Source of the DNA: Bryobacterales bacterium
Lineage (GTDB): Bacteria > Acidobacteriota > Terriglobia > Bryobacterales > UBA6623
Assembly: GCA_022823865.1 (NCBI GenBank)
Contig: JAJEHF010000065.1
Coordinates: forward strand, 72,304 to 136,303
DNA length: 64,000 nucleotides
Direction of reading: 5' to 3'
The notes beneath the pieces are model-generated. The model was not told the origin of the DNA. It did no database searches and saw only the letters and a program-made list of their open reading frames with translations. Below, piece after piece: positions 8,551-18,949 of the stretch; within the stretch, counting starts at the first letter, position 1, and every line of letters begins with the position of its first letter. The position numbers were made by a program, and so were the translations under genes.

Positions 8551-11500
8551 GTGGGCCGAGCAGTAACTCACGCGTTGCTCGCTGGCTTGGCCGCGGCCGC
8601 CGGCAGCGCCGCGACACTGCCCTCCGAACGCGTTGACTACAACGACGACGTGCGTCCGATTCTCTCGGATCGCTGCTACAGCTGCCACGGCCCGGACCAG
8701 GGCCAGCGCCAAGCGGGGCTGCGCCTAGACCGCGAATCCGGCGCGTTCGGCGCGGCTGCCAGCGGCGCCATGCCAATCGTGCCGGGCGAGCCCGCCAAGA
8801 GCGGCCTGCTCCAACGGGTCACCAGTGCGGATCTAGCGCGGCGCATGCCGCCCACCTACATGGGCCACGACCCGCTCAGCGAGGGCGAGATCGAGACCCT
8901 GCGGCGCTGGATCGAGCAAGGGGCCCAGTGGGAAAGCCACTGGGCGTTCAGCCCGCCCGCGCGCCCCGACCTGCCGCAGCCCGCCAAGGCCGGGCTGCAC
9001 CCTATCGACGCGTTCGTCGCCGACAGGCTGGCCCGAGAAGGACTCGCCCCCGCCGCGCCGGCGGACCGACGCACGCTCGCTCGCCGGGCGGCGCTGGATC
9101 TTACCGGCCTGCCTCCAGATCCGGAGGTGGTGAAAGAGTTCGCGGCAGATCCGGCGACAGTCGCTTACGAGAGGCTGCTGGACCGCCTGCTTGCATCGGC
9201 CAGCTACGGGGAGCATCTGGCGGGCATGTGGCTGGACGCGGCACGCTATGCCGATACGAACGGCTACCAGACCGATGGCACCCGCTCGATGTGGCGCTGG
9301 CGCGACTGGGTGATCGAGGCCTTCAATCGCAACGTGCCGTTCGACCAGTTCACGCTCGAGCAACTGGCGGGTGACATGCTCCCGGACGCCTCCCGGGCGC
9401 AGGTCGTCGCAACCGGGTTCAACCGCAACCACCGCACGACCGCGGAGGGCGGCTCTGTCAACGAGGAGTTCCGCGTGGAATACGTGGCCGACCGGGCCGA
9501 GACCACGGCCACGGTCTGGCTGGGCCTGACGCTGGCCTGCGCGCGCTGCCACGACCACAAGTTCGACCCGCTGTCGCAGCGGGAGTACTACCAGTTCTTC
9601 GCCTACTTCAACAACGTCGAGGAAAAGGGCATGGTCTGGAACTTCGGCAACGAAGATCCGCTGCTGCACGCCCCGACGTCGGAACAAGAAGCGCGGCTGG
9701 CCACCCTGGCGGCCGGGCTGGCCGACGCGCGGGAGCGCTGGGACGCGCTAGAGCCGCAGATCGCCCGCGAGCAAGCGGCATGGGAGGCTGGCCTGGCCGA
9801 CACCCCGGACCTGGACTGGTCCCCCGCCCGCGGCCTGCGGGTGCACGCGCCGTTCGATGGCCGGCTCGGCACGAGCAGCTTCCGGGGGGGCTCGATTGAC
9901 GGAAGCAGCGCCCCGGAGCGGGTGGAGACCGAGTTCGCCGACGGACAATCCGGCACGGCGGCGGTGTTCGACGGCCGGCGCTATGCGGACCTGGGCAAAG
10001 TCGGCATCTTCAACTACATGGACCCCCTCACCGTCTCGGCTTGGATCCGGCCCGAGACCGGCGACGACGGTTCGATCGTCGCCTCCATGGGGGAGAACCC
10101 GATCGGCAACGGCTGGGGCCTCTTCGTGCGCGGCGGCAAGCTCTGGTGGCACATGTCGCAACGCTGGAGCGACCTGAGCATGCGCTTGGCGAGCCAGCGC
10201 CGGATCGAGCCCGGTCGCTGGCAGCACGTGCTGCTGACCTACGACGGCAAGCGCAAGGCCAAGGGCGTCCGCATGTACATCGACGGCCGCGAGCAGGAGT
10301 TCGAGGTCCTGTTCAACAACCTCGACTGGCCCTCGCAAAGCAACGCGAGCCTCAAGGTGGGCGGCGGCGGCGGCCCCGACAACCGCTTCTCCGGACGGAT
10401 CGACGAGGTGCGCGTGTACGGCCGGGCCCTCGCTCCGGCGGAGGCCAGGGCACTGGCTTCGACCGCGCCGTTGGGCGCCCTGGCAGCGATCCGGCCCGGC
10501 GACCGCACTCCGGCGCAGCGGGACAAGCTGCGCAGCGCATTTCTCGACCTGGCCGCATCAACGAGCATCCGCAAGGCAAGCTTGGCCTTGGCCGAGGCGC
10601 AACGGCGACACGACGCCTTCCTCGACACCGTTCCCACCGTGATGGTGATGAAGGAGGGGCCGTCGCGCCAAGCCTATGTGCTCGAGCGCGGCCGTTACGA
10701 CCTGCACGGAGATCCCGTCGAGGCGGCCATTCCAGAAGCCCTGGTCGGCGCGACCGGCCCTGGCATCGCGAACCGGCTCGAGCTGGCGCGCTGGATCGTC
10801 AGCCGGTCCAACCCGCTGACGGCGCGCGTGATCGTCAACCGGCTCTGGCAGATGCTGTTCGGCGTCGGCTTGGTCAAGACCGTCGACGACTTCGGCTCCC
10901 AGGGCGAGGCGCCGTCCAACCAGGCGCTGCTCGACTGGCTGGCAGTCGAGTTCATGGACTCGGGCTGGGACGTCAAGCGGCTGCTGAAGACAATCATGCT
11001 CAGCGCGACCTACCGGCAGTCCTCGCACGTGGACGCGGAACTGCTCGAGCGCGACCCCGAGAATCGACTGCTCGCTCGCGGACCCCGGTTCCGCCTGGCA
11101 GCGGCGACGATCCGCGACCAGGCACTCGCGGCCGCAGGGCTGCTGCAGCAGGACATCGGCGGGCCTTCGGTGCGCCCCTACCAGCCGCCCGGACTGTGGG
11201 AGGAGGTCTCCGGCAACGCCTACCAGCCCGGCGATGGCCCCGAACTGTACCGGCGCAGCCTGTACACCTACTGGAAGCGCACGGTGGCACCGCCGTCGAT
11301 GATGAACTTCGACGCCTCCGACCGGGAGGTCTGCACGGTCCACGTCAAGCGCACCAACACGCCGCTGCAGGCGCTCAACCTCATGAACGACACCACCTTC
11401 GTGGAAGCGGCGCGACACCTCGCGGATACGGCATTGCGCGGCGATGCACAGAGCCCCGCGGCGCGCATCGACCAGATGTACCTGAAAGTGCTGGGCCGGT

Positions 11501-11706
11501 TGCCGGGACAAGACGAGCGGGATATCCTTGAAGACCTGTACCGCGCCTATGCGGACCGGTTCGACTCGGATCTCGACGCGGCCGAAGCGTACCTCGCGGT
11601 GGGTGACTCGCCATGGGACCCGCGCTCCGACCCGCGGGAGCTGGCCGCCTACGCCGGCGTAGCCAGCCTCGTGCTGAACCTGGACGAAGCGGTGACGAAG
11701 CAATGA
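8551..11706 (+). CDS. Planctomycete-type cytochrome c / DUF1549 / LamG / DUF1553 protein
   Basis: [35 protein letters not shown], LamG-like [42 protein letters not shown]; GTG start at 8551 inferred. Confidence 0.9.
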   Translation: MGRAVTHALLAGLAAAAGSAATLPSERVDYNDDVRPILSDRCYSCHGPDQGQRQAGLRLDRESGAFGAAASGAMPIVPGEPAKSGLLQRVTSADLARRMPPTYMGHDPLSEGEIETLRRWIEQGAQWESHWAFSPPARPDLPQPAKAGLHPIDAFVADRLAREGLAPAAPADRRTLARRAALDLTGLPPDPEVVKEFAADPATVAYERLLDRLLASASYGEHLAGMWLDAARYADTNGYQTDGTRSMWRWRDWVIEAFNRNVPFDQFTLEQLAGDMLPDASRAQVVATGFNRNHRTTAEGGSVNEEFRVEYVADRAETTATVWLGLTLACARCHDHKFDPLSQREYYQFFAYFNNVEEKGMVWNFGNEDPLLHAPTSEQEARLATLAAGLADARERWDALEPQIAREQAAWEAGLADTPDLDWSPARGLRVHAPFDGRLGTSSFRGGSIDGSSAPERVETEFADGQSGTAAVFDGRRYADLGKVGIFNYMDPLTVSAWIRPETGDDGSIVASMGENPIGNGWGLFVRGGKLWWHMSQRWSDLSMRLASQRRIEPGRWQHVLLTYDGKRKAKGVRMYIDGREQEFEVLFNNLDWPSQSNASLKVGGGGGPDNRFSGRIDEVRVYGRALAPAEARALASTAPLGALAAIRPGDRTPAQRDKLRSAFLDLAASTSIRKASLALAEAQRRHDAFLDTVPTVMVMKEGPSRQAYVLERGRYDLHGDPVEAAIPEALVGATGPGIANRLELARWIVSRSNPLTARVIVNRLWQMLFGVGLVKTVDDFGSQGEAPSNQALLDWLAVEFMDSGWDVKRLLKTIMLSATYRQSSHVDAELLERDPENRLLARGPRFRLAAATIRDQALAAAGLLQQDIGGPSVRPYQPPGLWEEVSGNAYQPGDGPELYRRSLYTYWKRTVAPPSMMNFDASDREVCTVHVKRTNTPLQALNLMNDTTFVEAARHLADTALRGDAQSPAARIDQMYLKVLGRLPGQDERDILEDLYRAYADRFDSDLDAAEAYLAVGDSPWDPRSDPRELAAYAGVASLVLNLDEAVTKQ

Positions 11707-13154
11707 CGCCGGAAACTCACGCCCCAGAGATCGACACCCGGAGGCACTTCTTCGGCAAGGCGGCGAGCGGCGTCGGAGCCATCGCCCTGGCCCACCTGCT
11801 AGGTCGCGACCTGAACGCATCCGATGCGCCCAAGCCCGCCGTGGGCGGCTTGGACGGCCTGCCGCACTACGCGCCCAAGGCCAAGCGCGTGATCTGGCTG
11901 TTCCAGTCCGGCGGGCCCTCGCAGCTCGAAACGTTCGATCCCAAGCCGGGCCTGGCCATGCTGCGCGGGCAGGACCTGCCGGAGTCGATCCGGAAGGGCC
12001 AGCGGCTGACCACGATGACCTCCGGCCAGAGCAGCTTTCCGCTGGTCGAATCTGCGTTCGGCTTCCAGCAACACGGCGAATCTGGCGCCTGGATCAGTGA
12101 CTTGCTGCCGCACACGGCCAAGATCGCCGACGACATCAGCATCGTGCGCTCGATGCATACCGATGCCATCAACCACGATCCCGCAGTCACGTTCCTGCAG
12201 ACCGGGGCGCAGATCGCGGGCCGTCCCAGCATGGGCGCCTGGCTGAGCTACGGGCTCGGCAGCGAGTCCAGCGACCTGCCCGCCTTCGTCGTGATGATCA
12301 CGCAGGGCACGGGCGGCCAGCCGCTCTACGACCGGCTGTGGGGCTCGGGCTTCCTGCCGACGCGCTACCAAGGCGTCAAGTTCCGCTCGGTGGGCGACCC
12401 GGTCTTGTACCTGTCCGACCCGGCGGGCATCTCGCGCGACCAGCGCCGCACGTTCCTCGACGCGCTGGCCAAGCTCAACCGCAAGCAGTTCGAGGAGTAC
12501 GGAGACCCCGAGATCGTCACGCGCATCGCGCAGTACGAAATGGCGTTCAAGATGCAGCGCTCGGTCCCGGAGCTGACCGACCTGTCCGGCGAGCCCGAGC
12601 GCGTGTTCGACCTCTACGGAGAAGGCGCCCGCCGCCCCGGCACGTATGCCTACAACTGCCTGCTGGCACGTCGGCTGGCCGAGCGCGGCGTGCGCTTCAT
12701 TCAGCTCTACCACCGGGGCTGGGACCAGCACGCTTCGCTCAAGCAGGGCATCCAGCGCCAGACCAAGACCACCGACCAGGCCTCGGCGGCGTTGGTGATG
12801 GATCTCAAGCAGCGCGGCCTGCTCGACGACACGCTCGTGGTCTGGGGCGGCGAGTTCGGGCGGACCGTGTACTGCCAAGGCACGCTGACGGAGTCGGAGT
12901 ACGGCCGCGACCACCATCCGCGCTGCTTCTCGATCTGGATGGCCGGCGGCGGCGTCCAGCCCGGAAAGACCTACGGCGCTACCGACGAGTTCAGCTACAA
13001 CATCACCGAGAACCCAGTCTCCGTGCATGACCTGCACGCCACGATGCTGCACCTGCTAGGGGTCGACCACACCAAGCTGACGTTCAAGTTCCAAGGGCGG
13101 AGATTCCGACTCACCGACGTCCACGGCAACGCCGTCAAGCCATTGCTGGCCTGA
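11703..13154 (+). CDS. DUF1501-family protein with Tat signal
   Basis: [50 protein letters not shown]; ATGA overlap with upstream stop. Confidence 0.92.
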   Translation: MTPETHAPEIDTRRHFFGKAASGVGAIALAHLLGRDLNASDAPKPAVGGLDGLPHYAPKAKRVIWLFQSGGPSQLETFDPKPGLAMLRGQDLPESIRKGQRLTTMTSGQSSFPLVESAFGFQQHGESGAWISDLLPHTAKIADDISIVRSMHTDAINHDPAVTFLQTGAQIAGRPSMGAWLSYGLGSESSDLPAFVVMITQGTGGQPLYDRLWGSGFLPTRYQGVKFRSVGDPVLYLSDPAGISRDQRRTFLDALAKLNRKQFEEYGDPEIVTRIAQYEMAFKMQRSVPELTDLSGEPERVFDLYGEGARRPGTYAYNCLLARRLAERGVRFIQLYHRGWDQHASLKQGIQRQTKTTDQASAALVMDLKQRGLLDDTLVVWGGEFGRTVYCQGTLTESEYGRDHHPRCFSIWMAGGGVQPGKTYGATDEFSYNITENPVSVHDLHATMLHLLGVDHTKLTFKFQGRRFRLTDVHGNAVKPLLA

Positions 13155-13176
13155 TTCGACGCCGGCAGCGGCTGCC

Positions 13177-13944
13177 TCAGAGAGGCCGCGGATCGAACTC
13201 GCAGAAGTCGCGCCGCAGCGCCTCGACGTACCCGTATGCCGTGTGGTCGAAGTGTAGCGGGGTGATAGATAGCAGGCCCTGGTGCACCGCAGCGTAGTCG
13301 CTGCCATCCGAGGCGGCTTCGACGGGCACCTCTTCGTGCATCCAGTAGTACTTCCGGTCGTGCGGATCGCGGGCCTCGATCATCAGATTGCGCGAGATCT
13401 TGCGGCACTGGTGGGTCACGGCCACCCCGGAAGCCTCGCCGGCGGGCACGTTCACGTTGAGAGTGATGCCGTTCGGCAACCCCTCCGCGAGCACTCTCTT
13501 GGACAGGGCCGCGGCAATGCGGGCCGACGGACCGAAGTCTATGGAGGACCGCTGGTTGACCGAGACGGCCATGGCGGGGATGCCGTATTTCGAGCCCTCG
13601 GCGGCCGCGGCGACCGTGCCGGAATAGTAGATGTTCTCGCCGAGGTTGGGGCCGGCGTTGATGCCGGCGACGACCAAGGCCGGAGTCTCCTCGAGCAGCA
13701 GCGTGAGCGCCATCATCACGCTGTCGGCCGGGGTGCCGTCGACGCCGAAGCGGCCCTCGCCCTTGTGCTCGTAGCGCAGCGGGCGGCGCAGCGTAATGCG
13801 CCGACTGGCGGCGCTCTGCTCCATCAGCGGGGCGACTGTGCGGATCCGTCCGATCGGCGCCAAGGCGCTTTCCAGCGCGCGGATCCCTGGCGCGTCGATC
13901 CCGTCATCGTTGGTGACCAAGATGAGCGGATCGGGGCCGGTCAT
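13177..13944 (-). CDS. surE: 5'/3'-nucleotidase SurE
   Basis: ILVTNDDGIDAPGI, DGTPADSV, GINAGPNLG, YSGTVAAA. Confidence 0.95.
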   Translation of the reverse strand: MTGPDPLILVTNDDGIDAPGIRALESALAPIGRIRTVAPLMEQSAASRRITLRRPLRYEHKGEGRFGVDGTPADSVMMALTLLLEETPALVVAGINAGPNLGENIYYSGTVAAAAEGSKYGIPAMAVSVNQRSSIDFGPSARIAAALSKRVLAEGLPNGITLNVNVPAGEASGVAVTHQCRKISRNLMIEARDPHDRKYYWMHEEVPVEAASDGSDYAAVHQGLLSITPLHFDHTAYGYVEALRRDFCEFDPRPL

Positions 13945-13984
13945 GCTCTCCCAGCGTAGCCAATCGCCGCTGAAGGAACCTGAA

Positions 13985-14024
13985 GCCTGTCCACAGTGGA
14001 CCCAGTCTTGGCTTCGTGCTCTCC
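13985..14024 (+). repeat. Degenerate ~40-bp direct repeat, copy 1
   Basis: GCCTGTCCACAGTGGACCCAGTCTTGGCTTCGTGCTCTCC resembles 14851-14893. Confidence 0.6.
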
Positions 14025-14339
14025 GAGTGGGCCTTGGTGTTGGATTCACCCGGAGCGTCGGCAACGCCTACGCGCAAACCTTGTGCAAGACATCGTTGCC
14101 TGAAATGGGGAGCTAGTTCGAGAGATTCCAGACCGCGACCTTTGCATACCGAGCATCTGAGCCCCGCTACGCCTCGGCTTTGCTGACCGCCCTACCTTCA
14201 CTCTTGCGCGGCTGGCAGGGAGCTTAATCCCATCATCAATCCCAACGGCGCATCCGCGAAACGGTAACCCTAGCTCGCCCCGCCCCATATCAGTTGGTCA
14301 ATCTAGGGCCTACAATGTAGTCTCGGACTGGAGAAAGCC

Positions 14340-14543
14340 ATGAAGCTGAAGGTTGTCATTCGCGAGGCAGAAGAAGGCGGCTTTTGGGCGGAAGTGCCAG
14401 CCATTCCTGGATGTGCCACGCAGGGAGACACCTTCGAAGATCTGCTCAGCAACATCTACGAAGCAGTCGAAGGTTGTATGTCGATCGAGAATCAGGAGGT
14501 CCCCCTGTCCGGCACGGACCGATTAATTGAGCTCGCGGTTTGA
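14340..14543 (+). CDS. hicB: HicB-family antitoxin (short form)
   Basis: [37 protein letters not shown]; upstream TACAAT and GGAG. Confidence 0.9.
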   Translation: MKLKVVIREAEEGGFWAEVPAIPGCATQGDTFEDLLSNIYEAVEGCMSIENQEVPLSGTDRLIELAV

Positions 14544-14765
14544 AGACCGTCACTGGCAAAGAGTTCTGCCGAATTCCCCAGTCGCGGGGCTGGCAGTTGC
14601 GGCGGATCCAGGGCAGCCATCACACTTACACAAGAGCGGGCATCTCGGCCCGTATCTCAGTGCCGGTCCACCGGGACGGCGATCTCAAGCGCGGCCTACA
14701 AGAGGCACCTCATGCAGATTGCACGAATCAAGGAGTCTGATCTGCAGTCAAGGGCAAGTGTTTAG
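14540..14765 (+). pseudogene. hicA: HicA-family toxin, frameshifted near the C-terminus
   Basis: GWQLRRIQGSHH..ISVPVH..DLKRGLQ; a HicA-like tail RHLMQIARIKESDL continues in the +1 frame from 14703; TTG start. Confidence 0.75.
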
Positions 14766-14850
14766 ACCAATAGTGTCAGAACTGGTGCTGAATTTCGGAG
14801 CGAGAGATCTTGAGCTCGCAGCGGCCAACGTCGACAGTCTGCGACCGGAC

Positions 14851-14893
14851 GCCTGTCCGCAGTGAACCCTGTGTCTTGGCTTCAGGCTCTTCC
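14851..14893 (+). repeat. Degenerate ~40-bp direct repeat, copy 2
   Basis: GCCTGTCCGCAGTGAACCCTGTGTCTTGGCTTCAGGCTCTTCC. Confidence 0.6.
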
Positions 14894-14953
14894 ACAGGAC
14901 GTCCTCGGCGGCTGGCGCGGGCTCCTCGGAACAACCTGCAGCGCGATCTAGAC

Positions 14954-15346
14954 TCAGGCGCGACAACCGTCACTCTTCCCGACGGGATGTCCAGCAGTCG
15001 CGCCCTGCCCTTCGACATACTGCACCTCGGCAGTGTTCAGCACGGCATGCCGGAAATGGCGGCTCAGTTCCTCGACTACCTTGAGATCCACCTTCCGCCC
15101 GCCGAACAGAGGCGGCAGGCTCAGCTCCATGTCAGCGAAGGCGAACAGGCCCGGAACACAGTCGGGGGAAAACTCCACTAGCACATCGATGTCGCTGTCG
15201 GGACGGCAGTCCTCCCGCAGCGCTGAGCCGAAGATGGAGAGCTTGACAATGCCGTTGGCCCGGCAGAATGCAGCCAGTTTCTCGCGGTCGACAGACACTT
15301 GGGAATTCGTCGCATTGTCACTCTTATTGCGGCACCGCAGCTCCAA
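14954..15346 (-). CDS. Minimal nucleotidyltransferase (MNT/MntA) antitoxin
   Basis: LSIFGSALREDCRPDSDIDVLVEF, GRKVDL, AEVQYV; exact start and end uncertain. Confidence 0.85.
   Translation of the reverse strand: MELRCRNKSDNATNSQVSVDREKLAAFCRANGIVKLSIFGSALREDCRPDSDIDVLVEFSPDCVPGLFAFADMELSLPPLFGGRKVDLKVVEELSRHFRHAVLNTAEVQYVEGQGATAGHPVGKSDGCRA
14960..15018 (-). pseudogene. Probable N-terminal stub of the HEPN/DUF86 partner of MNT
   Basis: ATG overlaps the MNT 3' end, MSKGRARLLDI; no RxxxxH downstream. Confidence 0.4.
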
Positions 15347-15587
15347 GTTGATGGTGGAGTGATGCGGAAGAGCCTGCTAGAAGCGCTGCGGCGCAAGCGC
15401 TTCATGGGCCTGTGAGATCGAGTGCTGCCGATCTGAACTCGCCTGCGGGAAGACTAACCAATCCGACCAAGCGGCTGTCCCCCAACTGGTTCCTTCTCGA
15501 CGCTTGGTACTGGACGAAGCATCAGAACACTGGGATTCGATACCGAATCCAACTTCTGGGAAGGCGTGTGCCGTTCGCCGTCCTCGT

Positions 15588-15788
15588 TCAGCTGGCCTTG
15601 TGTTTCGCCATCAGCTCGCGGACTTGTGGAACGAGATCTATTGGCACTTCGATCGTCGTGTGAGTGGTGCTCTCGAACGCGGCTTCGTCTTCGACCACGG
15701 CATCTTCGTCGCTTTGCGCCTCATAGTGATCGAGTACCTGCTGGATCCTGCTTTCGTCCCAACCGGCTGGGAAGTTCTTCTTGCTCAT
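15588..15788 (-). CDS. Small acidic putative antitoxin
   Basis: FPAGWDESRIQQVLDHYE..EVPIDLVPQVRELMAKH; ATGA-coupled to upstream toxin-like gene. Confidence 0.7.
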   Translation of the reverse strand: MSKKNFPAGWDESRIQQVLDHYEAQSDEDAVVEDEAAFESTTHTTIEVPIDLVPQVRELMAKHKAS

Positions 15789-16066
15789 GGTGCCCTCCTT
15801 CGTCTGCGGCGAAGAGCTCGCTTCGCCTTCGGCCCGAGTTCGTACGCGGTGATCACGAAGACCGAGTTCGGAACGGGGTCTGTAACATAGACGACTCGCA
15901 AATAACGGCCTGCGTGCGTTTGCCCGAGCGCGATTCTCACTCCTCCCTCTCCCGGTCTGTCTTCCATTGGACGATCGAGGACCGCCTCGACTTCGTCTTC
16001 AGCCACGTCATGACCGTAGATGTGAGGCTGCCCACTCCTAGGATCATCGTAATAGCGTACCCGCAC
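15785..16066 (-). CDS. BrnT/DUF4258-like small putative toxin
   Basis: HIYGHDVAEDEVEAVL, IALGQTHAGRYLRVVY, FVITAY, Arg-rich tail. Confidence 0.72.
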   Translation of the reverse strand: MRVRYYDDPRSGQPHIYGHDVAEDEVEAVLDRPMEDRPGEGGVRIALGQTHAGRYLRVVYVTDPVPNSVFVITAYELGPKAKRALRRRRRRAP

Positions 16067-16483
16067 CGATGCATTGTCCCATAGGGCCAAGAAGCGACAT
16101 TGCCTACATGCGTTCCTACTTGGCGGGCGGTCGTTCCCTGCCTCCTTGGTCTAGCAGCGGCAGCAGTTTCAGATGTTGGGCCAAACTTGACCTTGGCCTG
16201 TCGCCAGCGCTGAACGGATTGATCGCGATGGCCAGCAGGAGACGCTCGATGCCGCACGACTGGTAGCGAAGAAGGACGCAGCGGGCGTCATCGACCGTCT
16301 GCTAGTCCAAGCTGCGATGTTGTGATCGTTAGCTCGGACCACGCCGCGATCCATTCCCCCACCGGACCTAGATCAGCGGTGCAGTAGCCCTAAGCACACG
16401 GGCGGGGCATACATCTCAGGCTTGGTGCGGTGACACGCTAAGGACAGATCGTACGCTCGCGCGGCTGCTAGTCTGAGGAGGAA

Positions 16484-17710
16484 ATGCCTGTTGCCTCTCC
16501 AGAAACGGACACAGAACAGATCGTCGCGCGGGACCACCAATATGTGGTGCGCAACTACGGGCGCTACCCGCTGGTTGTCAGCCGAGCGGAAGGCGTCTAC
16601 CTCTACGGCGAGAACGGCCGCAAGTACCTCGACTTCGTCTCTGGCATCGGGGTCATGGCCCTGGGCCACTCCCACCCCCGTGTCGTGGCGGCGATCGCCG
16701 ACCAGATCGGCACCTTGGTGCACTGCTCCAACCTGTACTACCACCCGCTGCAAGGCGAGGTAGCTCAGATGCTCGCGGAACTGAGCGGGCTGCAGCGCAC
16801 GTTCTTCTGCAACAGCGGCGCTGAAGCCGTCGAGGCGGCCCTGAAGATCGCCAAGGGGTGGGGCCGCGCGCGCGGCAGCGCCAAGACCGAGATCGTCGCG
16901 CTGCACGAGTCGTTCGGCGGCCGCACGCTGGGCGCGATCTCCGTCACCGGCCAGCCCAAGTACCGCGAGCCATTCGAGCCGGTCATTCCGGGAGTGCGGT
17001 TCATCGCACCCAACGATGTAGCCGCACTCGAGGCCGCCGTGGGTGACAACACCGCCGGCATCGTGTTCGAACCCATTCTGGGCGAGGGCGGCATCATTGA
17101 GATCTCGCCCGCATTCGCGGCGCGGGCCCGCGAACTGGCCACGCGCCACGACGCGCTGCTGATCTGCGACGAAGTCCAGTGCGGCATGGGGCGCGCGGGC
17201 GAGGCTTTCGCGTTCCAGAACTGGGGCGGTGACTTCCTGCCGGACCTGATCACCCTGGCCAAGCCCCTGGCGGCCGGACTGCCGATCGGTGCCGTTGTCT
17301 GCAACGAGGCCGCCGCGGCGGTCCTCGCGCCGGGCATGCACGGCTCCACCTTCGGCGGCGGAGCGCTGGCCTGCCGCGTGGCGCGGGAGTTCCTCGGCAT
17401 GCTGCCAGAACTGCTGCCGCACGTGCGGGAAGTGTCGGCGTACTTCCGGGCGCGCCTCGCAGATCTGGCTGCCCGCTACGACTTCGTCGGCGGACAGAGA
17501 GGCCTCGGCCTGATGGTCGGGCTCGAGCTGAACATCCCCGGCGGAGGCTTCGTGCCGCGGGCGCAGGAACTCGGCCTGCTCATGAACTGCACCGCAGGCA
17601 ATATCCTGCGGTTCCTTCCGCCGTTCGTGATCGAGCAGGAGCATGTTGACGAAGCCGTCGCCGCACTGGACGAAGTGTTTCGCCAAGGTCCGCCGGACGG
17701 CGCGAGCTAG
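16484..17710 (+). CDS. argD: Acetylornithine aminotransferase (class III)
   Basis: YLDFVSGIGVMALGH, FFCNSGAEAVEAA, EPILGEGG, DEVQCGMGR, TLAKPLAAG, HGSTFGG. Confidence 0.9.
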   Translation: MPVASPETDTEQIVARDHQYVVRNYGRYPLVVSRAEGVYLYGENGRKYLDFVSGIGVMALGHSHPRVVAAIADQIGTLVHCSNLYYHPLQGEVAQMLAELSGLQRTFFCNSGAEAVEAALKIAKGWGRARGSAKTEIVALHESFGGRTLGAISVTGQPKYREPFEPVIPGVRFIAPNDVAALEAAVGDNTAGIVFEPILGEGGIIEISPAFAARARELATRHDALLICDEVQCGMGRAGEAFAFQNWGGDFLPDLITLAKPLAAGLPIGAVVCNEAAAAVLAPGMHGSTFGGGALACRVAREFLGMLPELLPHVREVSAYFRARLADLAARYDFVGGQRGLGLMVGLELNIPGGGFVPRAQELGLLMNCTAGNILRFLPPFVIEQEHVDEAVAALDEVFRQGPPDGAS

Positions 17711-17749
17711 CCCGATTTGGCCGGCATCGGTTGCTACGATGGTCGGCTC

Positions 17750-18919
17750 ATGAAGATCGACCGCCTAGAAACCCGCCATTGCGATGCCGGGTGGCGCAAC
17801 TACCACTTCGCCAAGGTCACAACCGGCGACGGCGCGGTGGGCTGGAGCGAGTACGACGAGGACTTCGGTTCCCCGGGAATCACGGCGACGATCGAGCGCT
17901 TGGCGCCGTCCCTGCTAGGCAAGGATCTCGGCAATCACGAGCGGATCTTCTCCGAGCTGTTCTGCCAGCTGCGACCGGCCGTCGACGGGGCGACCGGGCA
18001 AGCCTTCGCCGCGATCGAAAACGCCCTGCTTGACGCCAAGGCCAAGACCTTGGGAGTGCCCTGCTACGCGCTCTTCGGGGGCAAGGTGCGCGATCGCATC
18101 CGGCTGTACTGGTCGCACTGTGCCACATGGCGCATCAATCACCCGGAGTTCTACCCGCCGGCGATCCGCGACCTCGATGGCGTCCGCGGGATCGGCGCGG
18201 AGGCCAAGCAGCGGGGCTTCACCGCCTTGAAGACCAATATCTTCGAGTTCGGGGACGGGACCGTGCGGGGGTGGCGACCGGGCTTCGGCACGCCTTACGA
18301 GCCGGGCCGCAACATGGAGCGCTCCACGCTGCGGCAACTGCGCGCCCACTTGGATACCTTGCGGGACGGTGCCGGGCCGGACATGGACATCCTGCTCGAC
18401 CTGAACTTCAACTGTGCCACCGAGGGCTATCTCAAGGTCCTGCGCGAGCTGCGCGACTTCGACCTGTTCTGGGCGGAGATCGACACGCGCAACCCGCGTG
18501 CGCTGCAACACATCCGCGAGCAAAGCCCCTGCCCCATCAGCTCGTGCGAAACACTGATGGGCCTGCGCAACTTCCTGCCCTTCTTCCAGCACGAAGCCGT
18601 CGACGTCGCGATTATCGACGCGGTCTGGAACGGTGTCTGGCAGAGCCTGAAGGTGGCCGCGTGCGCCGAGGCCTACGAGGTCAACGTGGCGCCGCACAAC
18701 TTCTACGGGCACCTGGCGACGATGATGAACGCCCACTTCGTGGCCGCCGTGCCGAACCTGCGCATCATGGAGATCGACATCGACCGGCTGAGCTGGGATG
18801 CCGACATCTTCACCCACTCCCCGCCCATCGAGCACGGCCATCTGGTTGTGCCTGACCGGCCCGGCTGGGGCACCGAGCCCGACGAGGACGCGTTGGGCGA
18901 TCATCCGGTGCGCAACTGA
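17750..18919 (+). CDS. Mandelate racemase/muconate lactonizing enzyme family protein
   Basis: AAIENALLDAKAK, GFTALKTN, ILLDLN, VAPHNFYG, VPDRPGWG. Confidence 0.9.
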   Translation: MKIDRLETRHCDAGWRNYHFAKVTTGDGAVGWSEYDEDFGSPGITATIERLAPSLLGKDLGNHERIFSELFCQLRPAVDGATGQAFAAIENALLDAKAKTLGVPCYALFGGKVRDRIRLYWSHCATWRINHPEFYPPAIRDLDGVRGIGAEAKQRGFTALKTNIFEFGDGTVRGWRPGFGTPYEPGRNMERSTLRQLRAHLDTLRDGAGPDMDILLDLNFNCATEGYLKVLRELRDFDLFWAEIDTRNPRALQHIREQSPCPISSCETLMGLRNFLPFFQHEAVDVAIIDAVWNGVWQSLKVAACAEAYEVNVAPHNFYGHLATMMNAHFVAAVPNLRIMEIDIDRLSWDADIFTHSPPIEHGHLVVPDRPGWGTEPDEDALGDHPVRN

Positions 18920-18949
18920 GAGCCCGAGCGAGACCCTGCGCTGCGGAAT

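Noticed and set aside
8356-13408. Long antisense and alternate-frame ORFs (e.g. 10041..11531, 10558..11820, 11799..13052; likewise 24182..25486, 30831..32282, 35972..37762)
   Set aside because: Shadow ORFs of high-GC genes; Arg/Pro/Ala-rich with no motifs
16100-16370. Possible gene remnant between the TA cluster and argD
   Set aside because: Short frames with stops; no family recognised
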